64,000 nt of DNA, from NCBI RefSeq assembly GCF_006345805.1, contig NC_043002.1:75702001-75766000 (forward strand). The letters run 5' to 3'. Below are positions 1-15,269 of this stretch, piece after piece. The DNA is from Octopus sinensis (lineage: Eukaryota). How positions within the stretch are numbered: the first letter of the stretch is position 1; the number at the start of each line of letters is the position of its first letter. A model generated the notes under the pieces. That model saw nothing but the letters and a program-made list of their open reading frames with translations. It was not told the DNA's origin and did not search any database. The translations under genes were made by a program, and so were the position numbers.

Positions 1-140
1 AGTTGCATCTATATACATCTACTTGCATTTTGTACATATCACCACTTGATGTCAATATCTTCCCAGCCTAGATTCTTGAATGAAAAAAAATGAGGTTATT
101 TAGCTAAGATTTTTTGTACCCTAATCTTTCATTTTCTCCA

Positions 141-650
141 TTCTATATGATTTTGTGCCAACAGAAGTCTGTTTCTATTCCATCTGTTCTGTAACTTCTA
201 TTGATGTGTTCTTTAGTTTTGAATTTCATTTTGTATTTTGCTTCCCTTGTACTTCACCAATTCTCTTCTGGTTTCTTTTGTACTCTTTTTGTTGTTGTTG
301 TTACCTTGCTTGATTTTCATTGATTCTAATTTGTACTTTAGTTATTATCATTCTACTTCAGTTATATCTCTTTTTCTATGATATCTGCCTTTGTGGTTAT
401 TCTATATGATTTTGTACCAGCGGAGGTCTATTTCTACTTCACCCCTTCTGCAACCTTTGTGGATGTGTGCTTTGTCTTGTTCTGAGCTTCATTTTGTAGT
501 TTTCTGCTCTTGTACTTCACAATTCCCTTCTGGTCTCTTTCGTACTATTTAAAAAAAAAAAAAATTATTTTTACTTCGCTTGATTTTTATCGAGTCCACT
601 TTGTACTTGGATCCTTTTCTGTTTTTCTTTTACATCTTCCTTTGTTGTAC
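141..650. repeat. Diverged tandem duplication, period about 259 bp
   Basis: ttctatatgattttgt at 141 and 400 with collinear downstream sequence. Confidence 0.7.
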
Positions 651-1285
651 TACTGATGTAGTTACTGCTTTAGTGTTAACCGAATAGAAAATCCATGCTA
701 TATCTATTGACCTCACGCTATTTGCACAAGTGAAAAATCACACATTTTCATCTGATTGATGTCTTTTATAAACATACATACAAACACATACACACACACA
801 CACCTGTTGAATGATATAGAAATGTTAGATATTTAGCTTGGCTCTCTCTGACACTATTGACCTTGGACATACCACCAACCAATGCAGATGTTTTATATTT
901 TAGATATTTAGTATAAGTAAGCATTGGCAACTTAAAATAGATGTCTCTCATTTGTGCTAATTACTGTAACTGCCATTAAACAAAGAACAGGGCCAATCAT
1001 ATGACATTGAAAACATTTTAACAATTGTTATAAAGTGTTTCATTATAGAAATGTTAAATTCACTTAAAATGTCTGCCAATATTGAGTTTTAAGCAGAAGT
1101 TTGTATAAAGTTATGACTTTAATCAGTCACTTGATAGCTCATGTTCTCCATTTATTTCCAAGCAGTAATTTTCTGTTCCTTTTTTTTACTAGTTTCTTTT
1201 TGTTCTTTAATTTTGGTGTTAACGTTTTTTTGTTGTTGTTTTGTATTTTATGTTTTATTTCTATCACACAGCCGTGCCTGTGCCT

Positions 1286-1655
1286 GGTAGGTGTGGCTGT
1301 GTGGTAAGAGGTATGCTTTCTAATCACATGGTTCCAAGTTCAGTCCCACTGCATGGCACTTTGGGCAAGTGTCTTCTGCTAAAGCCTCAGGCTGACCAAA
1401 GCTCTGTGAGTGGATTTGGTAGGCAGAAACTGAAAGAAGCCCATCTATATGTATATACCTGTGTGTGTGTCTTTCTTTGTGTTTGACCTTCACCACTGCT
1501 TGACAACTGATGTTTGTGTGTTGAGGTCCTTATAGCTTAGTGGTTTGGCAAAAATGGCCGACAGAATGAGAACTAGGTTTTTAAAAAAATAAATACTTCT
1601 TGACAGTACTCCAGCATGGCCACAGTCTAATGACTGAAACAAATAAAAGATAAAA
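1286..1655 (+). mobile_element. Family B SINE
   Basis: gtggctgtgtggtaag..gttcagtcccactgcatggcactttgggcaag...gactgaaacaaataaaaga. Confidence 0.8.
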
Positions 1656-3768
1656 TAACCTTTCAAGTCTGTCTGATAGAAGCTGGAAAGGGCCAATAAT
1701 TGATTGCACAAAGTGACACATGATCGTCTTATAATGTCTGTTCTATATTTGCATCCAGGAACAAAGCTTCATAAAAGAGTTTAAGTCACTTGATAGACAT
1801 ATGCAGCTTCAAGCCTGTTTCTGCGGTGTTGTCTTTAATGTAGGACAACCAAAGGAAAGGGCAGTGTCCATAGCCTTTGCAGGCCCTCTGAGAGAAGAGT
1901 AGTAAGATTGATGCCATTAATATTCAGCTTTTACCGTTGCAAGTTGACAGCTGCAAGAATGCAGGAAAGACTTGAACCAGACAGGAATCCATTGGGCCAA
2001 TCTAGGCATGCAGCATTTGGGGTAGGGCTATATACGATGTGGGTGGGTGATGAAAGGAGATGAGATGAGTGTATCAGAAATACCTGAGTCTTGAGTATCG
2101 ACAAAACTGAAGTGCGATCTTACAAAACGTTTTTAATTTAAATTTATAATTTGCTCATTTTTTTTTTCTTGTGTTTGTCAATTAATTTATTCCTTAAATG
2201 TAGTAATTTGGAAAATTTTCAGTAAATTATACATGAAATTTGATTGTATTTTCCTCTCAAAATAGGAATAAAATTTGGAGCCAAGCATCTAAACTTCGGT
2301 GAAGTTTACAATTTTATGAAGACTAAATATAAAAATGAAAATTATTTTCAAAAATATCAATGAGCTCGGCATTCAAAAAATATATACAGATACATACAAA
2401 ACAAGCTAAAAATATATATATATAAATAAAATCAGTTAATCAAAACAAAAGATAAACAAATTTGTTACCTAGTGTAATTATTATTGCTCTTAAAAATTAT
2501 AATTATCATTCATTGCCCCCCCCCCACTCCTTTCATCACTACCATCATCATTATCATCAGTATCATCATATTGAAGTTTCACTGCTGTTTGTCTTTCGGT
2601 TTAGTCAGTGGATTTATGTCACATTAACCCCGCCATCATCACCACCACCACTACCGCCCATGTTTTTGCACCTCTCATACACTGTCCTCACTGTCTCACC
2701 CACTCATAGAAATATAGCAGCTAGCTTTTGAGAGTGAGAGGAGGGAGAGAGTAGGGAGGTGAGATAATTCCAATTTGTGTTTTATGTATGTGTGTGTATA
2801 TATATATATATATATGTTCACATGTATATATTTATAAAATTTTGATGCTAGCATATGTGTGATGTGTGCACACAGATGCATACGTAGGAATATATATTAT
2901 CTCTCTCTCTCTCTCTGTATGTATATATATATATATATATACATTTGTATATATATGTATGTATATATATTTGTATATATATGTATGTATATATATTTGT
3001 TATATTTGTATATATATATATGTATGTATATATATATATATGTGTGTGTATATATGTATATATATATATACACACGCATGTAGTTATATACATATATACA
3101 CGTGTACATGCACACACACTTGTGTGTGTGTAAGTATACATACATGCATACACTCGTGTATATATATATATATATGTGCACACATGCATGCACACATATA
3201 CATATAAATTTTCAATAAAAGAAACAGATAACTTTGATGAGGCTGTGTGAGTGTCTGTGTGAACAAGGTGACTTCATATGTTTTTTTACTGTTTTTACTG
3301 TTGTTCTTGGTTCTTACTTTATGTTGTTTATTTGTGTTATTTTTTCTCCTCTTTGTCTTGTTCTTTTGTTGCTGCCAGTGGTGATGGCGGCGGCGGTGAT
3401 ATCGATGATGATGATGGTATTGTTTTCTGTGTTTTTCGTGTGTTCGTTAATGTTTTTGATGTTTGATAACATCAAGCACTTGGCTTTTGATAAAATAAGT
3501 GCAATTCTTGGCTGATCACAAAACTGGTGTGATAGTTTTTAATGTTATTTTGCATGTGTCAAGGAGCATTGGAGGAGATAAGTACTGTCTGCAGTTTATT
3601 TTGTGTTTTTTTTGTGTTTTGTTTTTGTTTTTTGTTTTTGTCTTTTTGGTTTCTTTCACTCGAAGGTGTGCTCATAAATGTGTGTGTATGTGCATACGCA
3701 TACATGCATGACTACATACATATACTGATATAAACTTGTATATTAAATTGTGTATCAGTGCGTGGGGG

Positions 3769-3799
<31 letters not shown>

Positions 3800-3959
3800 T
3801 TATGCGTGTACATATGTGTGTGTGTGTGTACATGTACAAAATTATTATGTACATGTGTGCATACACATATATGCAAATGTACCAAATCATATATATTTAT
3901 GTGTGTGTATGCATGTGTACATATATATATCTACACACACATGTATATGTAAAACAGTT

Positions 3960-3997
<38 letters not shown>

Positions 3998-4358
3998 ATG
4001 TATGTGTGTGTGTGTATGTATGTATGTATATATATATATGTATATATATGTATGTATATGTATGTATATATATATATATGTGTATATAAATATATATGTG
4101 TGTGTGTGTCTATAAAATCATATATGTATATGTGTGTTTGTAAAAATATATATAATACCTATGCTTGCATAGCTGTATAGTCATGTATATAAATTTGTGC
4201 ATGTATGTGAATACACATGCACACACACACACACACACACACACGTGCGTGCACGCGCATATGCTTATATGGTTGTGTGACCTTACGTGTTTGTATATTA
4301 TATTATGCATGCTTGGTTGTGTCTACGCATGTGATGTACATATATCTGTTTCTATATT

Positions 4359-4397
<39 letters not shown>

Positions 4398-4784
4398 CTA
4401 TGTCTAGGCTGGCACTCATGTGAATGAATTGCTAGCTTAATCTGTATGTACAGCACTGCAGTTGCAGTGGCATCTAACACTTGATTTCCCTTGCGTGTAT
4501 TATGCACTTTATGGATTACCTGCAGCACATCTAATGTGGGAAAGGATCAAATCAGTTTTTGGCTTTGGTGGCGGTGACGGTGGTGGTGGCGGTGGTGGTG
4601 GCAGTGCTGGCGGTGACGCTGTGTGTTGGTGGTGGTGGTGGCAGTGGCGGTGGTCGTGCTGGGACTTCTGTTTTTATTCGTCTTCGGTTTTTTTTTTGTT
4701 TTAATTCTATTGTTTTCTCTTTTACTTTAAAGTAGGTGTATGTTTTATGTATATATGTGAATATGTGTGTGTATATATATATAT

Positions 4785-4816
<32 letters not shown>

Positions 4817-5001
4817 AATATATATATAATATATATATACATATATATATAAATATATATATATATACATATATATATACATATATATATATACATATAT
4901 ATATACATATATATATACATATATATATATACATATATATATACATATATATATATAATATATATACATATATATATATACATATATATAATATATATAT
5001 A

Positions 5002-5047
<46 letters not shown>

Positions 5048-5388
5048 GTACATACATTCACGTCTTTTGTTTGTGTAGATATGGGTGTGTGTGTGTGTGT
5101 ATGTGTGTAGGTGATTGTGTCTGTGTGTGTATGTGATTGTGTCTATCTGTTGGTTCACATGTTCACCTACAAGGTTCTCACTTCTTGGGAAAATGCTTAT
5201 CTTATTTTGCTGCTGTTATTCTCATATTATTATGTTTGTGTTTTCTTTTTTTTTTTTCAGAGTTTCTTTTTGAAAAGTTTTGTTAGGTTTTTGTTAGGTG
5301 TTATGTATTGCTGTTTTGTAATCATCATCATTGCTGTTATATCTCTCTATTTCTTCCCCTTCTCACATTACCACCTCCACTACTACTG

Positions 5389-5430
<42 letters not shown>

Positions 5431-5879
5431 GTGCTGTTGCTTACATTTATTAATATTATTAGCGCTATTGTTATCATTATTAATATTTGTTGCTATTGTT
5501 GTTATTTTCACTAGTGCTATTGTTATGGTTGTTATCATCATCATCATCGTTGCCGCCGTCATTGTTATTCCTGAGAGTTGGTTTTTTTACATTTTTATAT
5601 GTTTCTTTTGAAACACATCTACTTACATTAGAGGGAGGAAAGTTGCTGTGAAGACATCTCAAAACTTATATCTTATTATTCTATCATGAAAGTTTTAAAA
5701 AGTTAACCACTTCCACATAACTCCCACTTTCGTACAATACTCCTTTTTGTTCTTTCTGTTGTCTCTATCATTGCTGTTTGATACTCTCGTGAAATTTTCT
5801 CATTTCAACCTAAAACATTTAAGGGAAAAAAAAAAAAAATCTCACTGATGCACCCACCATAAATACTCAAGGTGTGAAT

Positions 5880-6478
5880 ATCTTTTACTCGTTTCAGTTA
5901 TTAGACCATGACCATACTGGAGCACTGCTGTGAAGAATATTTTAATTGAATAAATTAACCCCTGTACTTATTTTGTTTTTGTTTTTTAAGTCTGATACTT
6001 TTTCTGTCAGTCTTTTTTGCTGAACTGTAAAGTTATGGAGACATAAACACAGTGGTGGGAGGGGGGAGACACACACATACACTTTTGTCTTTTATCTTTT
6101 ATTTGTTCCATTCATTAGACTGTGGCCACATTGGGGCACCGCTCTGAAGAATCTTTAGGTCGAATGAATCAACCCCACTTCTTTTTTCTTTGTTTGCTTT
6201 TTAAGCCTGGCACTTATTCCATCATTTCCCTTTGCTGAACTGCTTAGTTACAGGAATGTAAACACTCCAACACCAGTTGTGAAACGGTGGTGGGGGACAA
6301 ATACACTCACACATATGACAGGCTTCTCTCAGTTTCTGTCTACCAAATCCACTCAAAGACTGTGGTCAGCCTGATGCTATAGTAAAAGACACATGCCTAA
6401 GGTATCATGCAGTGAAACTGAACTCAGAACCATGTGGTTGGGAAACACGATTCTTACCTCACAGCCATACCTGCCGCC
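5880..6478 (-). mobile_element. Two tandem family B SINEs (3' half 5880-6080; near-full copy 6085-6478)
   Basis: Repeated cttttactcgtttcag/cttttatttgttcc tails; head at the 6478 end. Confidence 0.7.
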
Positions 6479-6552
6479 TATAGGATAATGATACATACCT
6501 AAACATACGCAAACAGTTATCTATCCATGTCAATCAATGAATATAGACAAAT

Positions 6553-6860
6553 ATCATCATCATCATCGTTTAATATCCGTTTTCCGTACTAGCACGGGTT
6601 GGACGGTTCGACCAGAGTCTGGGAAGCCTGGAGGCTGCACCAGGCTCCAGTCTGATCTTGCAGTGTTTCTACAGCTGGATGCCCTTCCTAATGCCAACCA
6701 CTCCATGAGTGTAGTGGGTGCTTTTTACATGCCAGGGGAGGCTGGCAGCAGCCATGATCGGTTGGTGCTTTTTACGTGCTACTGGCACAGAAGCCAGTCA
6801 AAGCGGCACTGGCATCGGCCACGTTCGGATGGTGCTTCTTAGTTGCCACCAGCACAGGTA
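6553..6860 (-). mobile_element. RTE 3' UTR fragment
   Basis: (CAT)n-CGTTTAA..GGGTTGGACGG..GGATGCCCTTCCTAATGCCAACCAC, same family. Confidence 0.75.
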
Positions 6861-7458
6861 TCACAACTACTATTTCTATTTGATATCTATTTCGATGTTG
6901 ATGTATATATTTATAAAAAGATATATTGGTACTTTTAAGCCGAGAGTTCTTTGTGGTGTCAGTTGAAAAGGGTCTGATTAGTACCTCTTGGTTGTTCTCC
7001 TACATAATTATCGTATTACCTCCACTTTTCTCTGTTGGAAGACAGTCATACAGACATCCATTCATTTGTTTGTTCACTTCACATACCTCCTATTCTATGC
7101 TAGCATGGGTTATACATATATGTTATTGAGACATTGTTCTACAGTTGGATGCCCTTCCTGTCACTAAACCTTACCTGTTTTCAAGTAAGAAACCTCTTGT
7201 TTCACCTGTCTTTAAAGGTGCAAAGCTAGTGGACAGTTCATTGATAGGAAAAGTAACAACATTGCTCATAGTATTGCAACTTTCATAGAGTTCATATGTA
7301 AAAAAATGCACACACTCTCTCACACGTGCATATATGCACATACACATATACTTACACTCATAATTATATATATGCATGTATATGTTTGTTTATATGTATG
7401 CACCACATATGTTGCATGTTATGAGTAGCAATGCATGCTAGCATACATACAAACATAC

Positions 7459-7845
7459 TCTTACTTGTTTCAGTCATTTGACTGTGGCCATGCTAGAGCA
7501 CCACCTTTAGTCGATCAAACAAATTGACCCCAGAACTTATTCTTTGTAAGCCTAGTACTTATTCTATCGGTCTCTTTTGCTGAACCGCTAAGTTATGGGG
7601 ACATAAACACACCAACATCGGTTTCAAGTGATGTTGGGGGTACAAACACAGACACACAAACTTATACACATACATACATATACATATATACGATGGGCTT
7701 CTTTCAGTTTCTGTCTACCAAATCCACTCACAAGGCTTTGGTTGGCCCAAGGCTATAGTAGAAGACACTTGCCCATGCAGTGGGACTGAACCCAGAACCA
7801 TGTGGTTGGTAAGCAAGCTACTTACCACACAGCCACTCCTACACC
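7459..7845 (-). mobile_element. Family B SINE, full length
   Basis: Collinear with 43352-43808. Confidence 0.85.
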
Positions 7846-8845
7846 TACACTCTCTCCTTCACTCCCCCTCTCTCTTTGTTTGTCTCTCCCCCTCTCATAC
7901 ATTTTTTAGTTTTCATCTATGAAATTCATTCACAAGGCTTTGGCCAACATAGGGCTGTAACAGAAAACATCTGCTGAAGGTGCCATCAGTAGGTTTGAAC
8001 CTGGGACCACACAATCAAGAAACAAATCACATCTGCTCCAACACGCATGCATGTACACACACACACACACACATACACACACCCACACTGAGCTTCTCTG
8101 CAGTGTTCGACTTTGGAATTCTATTCCCAATGCATTGCTGAACACAGGGCTACAATAAAAGACACTGTTCAATGTGCCATGCATTAAGCTTGAACCTGAA
8201 ACAACCTGACTGCAAAGTAAACTTCTTAACCAGATGCCTACCACTTGCATCTGTTTTACAGTAATTATTTTTATTTTACAAAACAGAAGTGATTTTTTTT
8301 CCTTTCTCTCTCTACTTTCATACTGGTTTCTGCATAATCCTCTGAGTGGTTATAATAGAATTATTTTGCTTTCTATTCGTTTCTTTCTCAATTTGGGAAA
8401 TTTAGATATCTTCAGTCTCGTGGAGCAAGTATTTTACTCTCCTCCTCACTGCTAACCACTCATCATTGAAGTGATACATGTTTGTTCAATTGAGCCCCAT
8501 GAACAACGAGTATATTATTATGCTTTTTGCTTAAGGGCACTGCACAACGGTCATATAGCAGAACTTTTAACCTTATAGTAAATGTTACTTCTGTCCATCT
8601 TCTGTTCTTACATTCGATAACGAAGAACTTGAAACTGATTGACTGCTAAAAGTTATTGCCTCAAACTGGCCTGTTTAGCATCTCCTCAAGTCCCAGTCCC
8701 TCCTATTTACATTGTGAGAGGAGTTCTTGTACAAGTCTTTGTGTGTTTGTCTTTGTTGCGGTAACATTGTGTACTGGTTGTAGTTACATACATACATACA
8801 TACATATTCATATCTGTGTATGTTTGTATGTGTGTGCATATATAT

Positions 8846-9035
8846 TATATATATTATGTATATAATGTATAATATATATATTATGTATATATATATATAT
8901 ATATAATGTATATATTATATATATGTATATATATTATATTATGTATATATATATATATATATAATATATATTATATTATGTATATATATATATATATATA
9001 TATGTATATTATATATATTATGTATATATATATAT

Positions 9036-9106
<71 letters not shown>

Positions 9107-9509
9107 ATATATATATATATTATGTATATGTATATATATTATGTATATATATATATATATTATGTATATGTATATGTATATATATATATGTATATATATA
9201 TATTATGTATATGTTATATATATATATATATGTATATATATAATATATATATATATGTATATATATAATATATATATATGTATATATATGTATATAATAT
9301 ATGTATATATATGTATATATATATATATATGTATATATTGTATATATATATATATGTATATATATGTGTATATATATATGTATATATATATGTATATATA
9401 TATATGTATATATATGTATATATATATGTATATAATGTATATATATGTATATATATATATGTATATATTATGTTATGTATATATATGTATATATATATAT
9501 ATATGTATA

Positions 9510-9548
<39 letters not shown>

Positions 9549-9556
9549 TATATATA
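8846..9556. repeat. Long interrupted (TA)n/(TATG)n microsatellite (similar arrays at about 2800-3205, 4760-5046, 24540-24900, 26056-26389, 62780-63380)
   Basis: Direct inspection. Confidence 0.95.
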
Positions 9557-10671
9557 TTTGCTTTTTGTCTTGTTTTTAATAAATATATGCATGCATGTCC
9601 ATGTGTTTTATTTATGTGAGTAGTGTTTGTGTTCGCCTCTTATGTATATTTGATCGAGTTCTGTATTGTTTCCCCACATGCATGTGAATGCGCCTGCATG
9701 TGAATATCCGTGTATTCGTGTGCCTTACGTTTCGTATATACGTGTTTGTACATATGAGAATATGCGTTTGTGTGTTTTTTTGGGTGTTTGTATGTTTGTA
9801 CACACACACACACACACATACACACAGAGGCATGCACATGCACACACATGTATTTGTTGCATATGTTTATACATGCACATGCACGCTCACCTTCTCCACT
9901 CACACAAACAGTGGAGTTTATTGAATATGCTTCTGTGTGGGATTGTTTTTCGTTTTCATGTGGATGTGTGTCTTTGTTTTTGATTCATTCACGTGTGTGT
10001 GTGTGTGTGTGTGTGTGTGGTGCTATTGTATGTACTTCCCAGCCCAGACTGACATACAATAGCTGCCAACTGCTTGTAGCTGTCAGATGTGAATAACTTC
10101 AACCTGTATATACGCACTCTGTTAGCAGCTTTTTTTCAGATACCTTACATGCTTTGCTATCAACTCTTGCACATTTAATAGACTAACTGTCGATGTTATT
10201 ATATAGCTGCACCACCACCACCACCACCACCACCACCACTACTGCCGCCACTGCCGACATTGACCCCACCCCCACCACCCACCCCACTCACCTCTTGCAC
10301 TACGTGCTGGAAGAATACTTCAGCACCAAATAACACAACAGCACTGACACAGTAGCATTCTTCTACAACACCGCCAGCAATGGATCAATTACTGTAGTCA
10401 CCATGACCACCACAACTCCCCACCACCACCATCACCACGACAACCATCATCATCATCATCGTTGTCACCAGTGCAAGAACAGTCACACATTACAAACATG
10501 ACTTATGATGACAGTTATGATTGCGCGCCCATTGCTTTTGTTATGATAGGGGTCTTGGGGGGGGAGTGGTGGTGGTGGTGTTGGGGGTGTTGTGATTGTA
10601 ATGATTGTGACATCATCAAGAACAGCAATAACAACAATAGTAACAACAACAACAACAACAAAATAGTGAAG

Positions 10672-10704
<33 letters not shown>

Positions 10705-10816
10705 GTAATAATAGTAATGACTACTGCCAACTTGTTCTGCTTTGATTTTCTTAAGAAAAATTTGGCATGATAATAAAAACAATGGTAATGATAATAATAC
10801 TGCGAGGAAAATGCTT

Positions 10817-10854
<38 letters not shown>

Positions 10855-10991
10855 CTGTTTGGGGAAAGGTGTTAATAGAGGTTCCAGGCATTTGTTTTTT
10901 TGTTTTGTTTTGTTTTGCAAGCCATTGTACATGTAAAGTAACAACAATAAAAACAACTGCTACTACTATAACTACTACTGCTGCAAAGATA

Positions 10992-11026
<35 letters not shown>

Positions 11027-12159
11027 AGAAAGGTAGAATGTACCCAGTCTTGTTTAGTGTTAAACATCTTGTAAAAGTCAGAATGACAACACAAAACTAT
11101 TCATGAAGACGGTGGGTGGGAGGACATGTTTGTTGATAAAGGGTGACTTTGTTGTCTCCTTTTCTTCTTATTTTATTCCAGAAGTGATGAGTGAGTTAGG
11201 GGCTTACAAGAAAATACACACACACACACACATCTATATATATGTGTGTATATTTATATGTATGTATGTATTTCACTTAGGCATAGCAATACTAGTAAGC
11301 AGCTGTTAGATCTCAATATATTTAAGTCTTAGAGTAAAGTGTCGGGTGAGTGTGGAAGGTAATATTAATTAGTGAATGACAAAAGAACAAGAGTTACATA
11401 ACCACTTTCATTAGCTTACAGCCGTTTCTGCTATAAGAGGCATTGCTTTCAAAGCTGAGTGTTCATGTGATATCTCATAGCTTCCTTCAAGAAAGTGGTT
11501 ATGCAACTCCTTTTATTTTGTTATTCATATATATATGTGTGTGTTTGTGTATATAATTTATTATGTGATAATGTTTCAAAAAGAAAAGCACTCAGTCAGC
11601 TAAGATAGTAAAAATAACGTTATAATAAAAAACCAGAAATGACAAAAATAAATTATTATTTCAACGAGGGAAACTTGGGTAGCTGTATTTAACAAGATTT
11701 GTGGTGTTTTATTATAACATTACACACACACAGAGTTATACACCCATACATGTGTGTATGCAGGCAGGGCTGTCTGTATAAGTTTTCTGTGCAACCTTAG
11801 GGTTTAAGTTCATTTCTACTGTACAACCTCTTGGGCAAGTGTCTTCGATAACAGCACCTGGTTGGTTAATGCCTCATGACTAAATTGGTTTATGGAACCT
11901 GTAAGGAACCTGTTGTATGTCAGTCAGTCAGTTTTCCCATGCTTCTTCAAAAAAAAATTTCTGACATTTGTTCTGGCTCTTTACATTCTGAGTTCAAATT
12001 CTGCCAAGCTCAGCATTGCTTTTCATCTCCTCTGGAATTCATGAAATGAAGTACCAGCCAAGTACTGGGGTCAATCATATTGACTTGCCATCCTCTCTAA
12101 AAAAAACTGCTGATCTTGGGCCTAAATTTGAAAGAATTATTATTAAGTTTAAATATTAA

Positions 12160-12460
12160 GCATTGAGACCGATAGGACTTGGGACAGATACCTTCTCTTT
12201 TGGTCAAGCCCTCATCAACTTTTCCAAAGTTTTAGTCTGAAAGGAAAGTAATGGTAGACAGGGAGGTGTCCTTCCTCAGTAAATTTGTAAAGAGGTAGAT
12301 GACTGTGGCAAAAACAGTTAGTGGGTAACGGACCTACTTTAAGTATATGCCTGTAGATTGGAGAACAACGGTTAAGGGCTTCTGCCCTTTGTGGTTAGGG
12401 TAATCTTAAATCTGTGGGGTTTTTTGATTGATTTAATTAAGGCTGCTATACCAGGAGGAC
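12160..12460 (+). mobile_element. Diverged copy of the 16697 LINE 3' fragment
   Basis: ggacttgggacagataccttctcttttggtcaagccctcatcaactttt aligns with ggtatggggacagatacattcctccttggtagagctctcgttgacttc. Confidence 0.5.
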
Positions 12461-13297
12461 TGCATCATCAACATGCTTACATGTTTTGTAAACTATGCTT
12501 TTTATCTCCTTTCTTTTCCTATCTTTTTTTGTAACACACACACACACACACACAAACTGCAACCTTTCCCTGTAATGTCCTCTTCATTTGATGCCCCTGT
12601 GGCAGATAAAAGGACTTACTATTGTTGTTGTTGTTGGTGCTGTCATCACCATTATCATCATTTCTGCTATAAATAATGTTGATTGATGAAATTCTGTTTG
12701 TTAACCGTTTATAGAATAAAGTAACAGGTGCTTTTGGAGATGGTTTTATGTGTGTTGGTTGGGTTAGGGTGTTTCATTTGTTATGGGTTGGTTTACAGTG
12801 AAGGAAATATTGTCTCTGATTATGTATATATGTGTGGTGTCTTTGTACATCTGGTATGAAGTTAACACCAAGAAAATGGACTTAAATAACCTTCTTAGAT
12901 AATGTGTATAAAATTTAATATGCTTAACAAAAGGAAATATCTTTTTTCTTTATGCTTTTCCGTCCTCCCCACCGTCTCTCAGTTGTATGCGCACATGTGT
13001 CTGTGTGTGAATGTTTTCACTAAACATAATCTAAGTCTCCATATAACTGTTCAATCTCATAGAAATAGCAACCATATCGCTTAGATTACACTCACCGATC
13101 TTAGGAAAAGGAAGGACACATTAAATAATGTAGTCTGAAATATACCTTGTCAAGAAAAAGACAAGATAGTCACAGTGGACTGTTTTTGACCGTAGTTATG
13201 TTTAATTAGGTCTAATGAAAGCTAAACAACAACAACAACAGCAAAAGCAAATGAGAATAGATTATATCATCTCAAGTTCAGGGTTAGTTGTATTTTA

Positions 13298-13668
13298 TTC
13301 TTTTACTTGTTTCAGTTATTTGACTGTAGCCATGCTGAAGCACCACCTTTAGTTGAGTAAATCAACCCCATGACTTATTCTTTGTAAGCCTAGTACTTAT
13401 TCTGTCGGTCTCTTTTGCCGAACCGCTAAGTTATGGGGATGTAAAAACACCAGCGTCGGTTGTCAAGCGATGTTGGTGGGGACAAACACAGACACAAACA
13501 TACATACACACACACACACATATATATACACAATGGGCTTCTTTCAGTTTCCGTCTACCAAATCCACTTACAAGGCTTTGGTTGGCCCAAGGCTATAGCA
13601 GAAGACACTTGCCCAAGGTGCCACGCAGTGGGACTGAACCTGGAACCATGTGGTTTGTAAGCAAGCTA
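13298..13668 (-). mobile_element. Family B SINE, near full length
   Basis: Collinear with 43352-43808. Confidence 0.85.
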
Positions 13669-14291
13669 GACGTTCATTATGCAACTGCTTGGTTTGGGGT
13701 TCAATTTCACTGCATGTTATTTTGAGTAAATGTTATCTGCTAGGGCCTTGATATGACTGCTGTTTTTGAACCTAGTGTACCTACGATGAAAGGCATTCCA
13801 GCTGAAAACATCTTTATTTTCTTTCAGAATTATCTAAAACTCTGCATTATCTAATATAAGCTTCTCACTTGCTTTTTTTTTTTTCCATGATGTTCTGGTG
13901 TAATTTGCAGAAGATTTGGCTGCTATTTCTACCAGGTTGCACAATTACGTAAAGAAGGTAGTAGTAGTGGTGGTGGTGGTAGGCTTGTTGTTGACTGTCT
14001 TTAAGAAGAGTTAGAATATGCAATAGAGACATAGGATAAAAGTTTAGTATTTATTTATAAATTCAGAGCTTAGCAATTTTACACTGTCATTCTTGTGACT
14101 TTTCTCTTGGAGTTAGTTAGCAGCAACAAATATGTTTCATACAAAGAGCATATACAAGAGGTGTGTGTGTGTGTGTGTGTGAAGGCATGGTTTCTTCCAT
14201 ACAGGCCATGTATCATGTAGTTGTTCTTTACTCTCTTTCATTCATTCTTACATTACATGCTCACACTCTCTACCCCCATTCATGCTTGCTT

Positions 14292-14334
<43 letters not shown>

Positions 14335-15269
14335 TCTCTTTCTCTTTCCCTTTTTTTTTTCTCTCTGTATCAATCTCTTATCTGAATAATTTCCCTAACC
14401 CTGTATGCCAGCATACATAAATCAAACTTGCAGTACATTGTGTAACATTAGGGACTGCATTGTTGCATTGCATTAACATACCTAGAGTTTATTTCACATA
14501 TATATATATATATTATTTCATATATATATACATACATATATATATATATATGTTTGCGTATGTGTATATGCACACTCACACACACTCATATGTAAGCACA
14601 TGTACACATGCACACATGCATTGTTATTCATTGCTATCATCTCCACTGTGACCATGACTACCATTCATTATTTTCATATTTATATTTCACCTGCTATATT
14701 TGTGTATCTGTATATGTATCTGTGTGTGTGTGTGCATGTGCAAAAGCCAGATCTCATTATCACTACCATCGTTGTCATTGTTATTGCATCAGAGAAATAA
14801 ATTTACCATTTTCTACAAGAGACAGAAGTCATTTCCTACATTATCATTGCTAAGTCAGCTTTGTGTTGTAGATATAGATACAGATTTACCACCTGTATGC
14901 CTCCTTTGTTGGCAAGATATTAAACTTTTACTGCGCTTGTATTTGTGTATACATGCGTTATGTACGATTCTGTATGTGTGTACGTGTTCAAACACACTCA
15001 CAAACATACACACACATAGATATGCCCTTTGCTGTCACCGTCCCTACCACATTGGTTGTCAGTTCCAAATGATTAATATTTATTTTTTGTTTATTGTTTG
15101 TTTTTTTCATAGTGGAATTCCTATAACTTTTTTTAATGTTCTCTTTATGTAAACTTTCCTACATTTCCATATTGTGACTTAGTGTTTATGGGTTAGGCAT
15201 GTGTGTGTGTGTGTGTGGTAAATTGAAATTAAAAAGTAGTTTCCCCACATTCTAATAAATATCACCATT

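Noticed and set aside
1760-1905. Acceptor-like site and open frame (EQSFIKEFKSLDRH...) as a possible upstream SMG5 exon
   Set aside because: No resemblance to SMG5 as I recall it, ends in a stop, and has no good donor.
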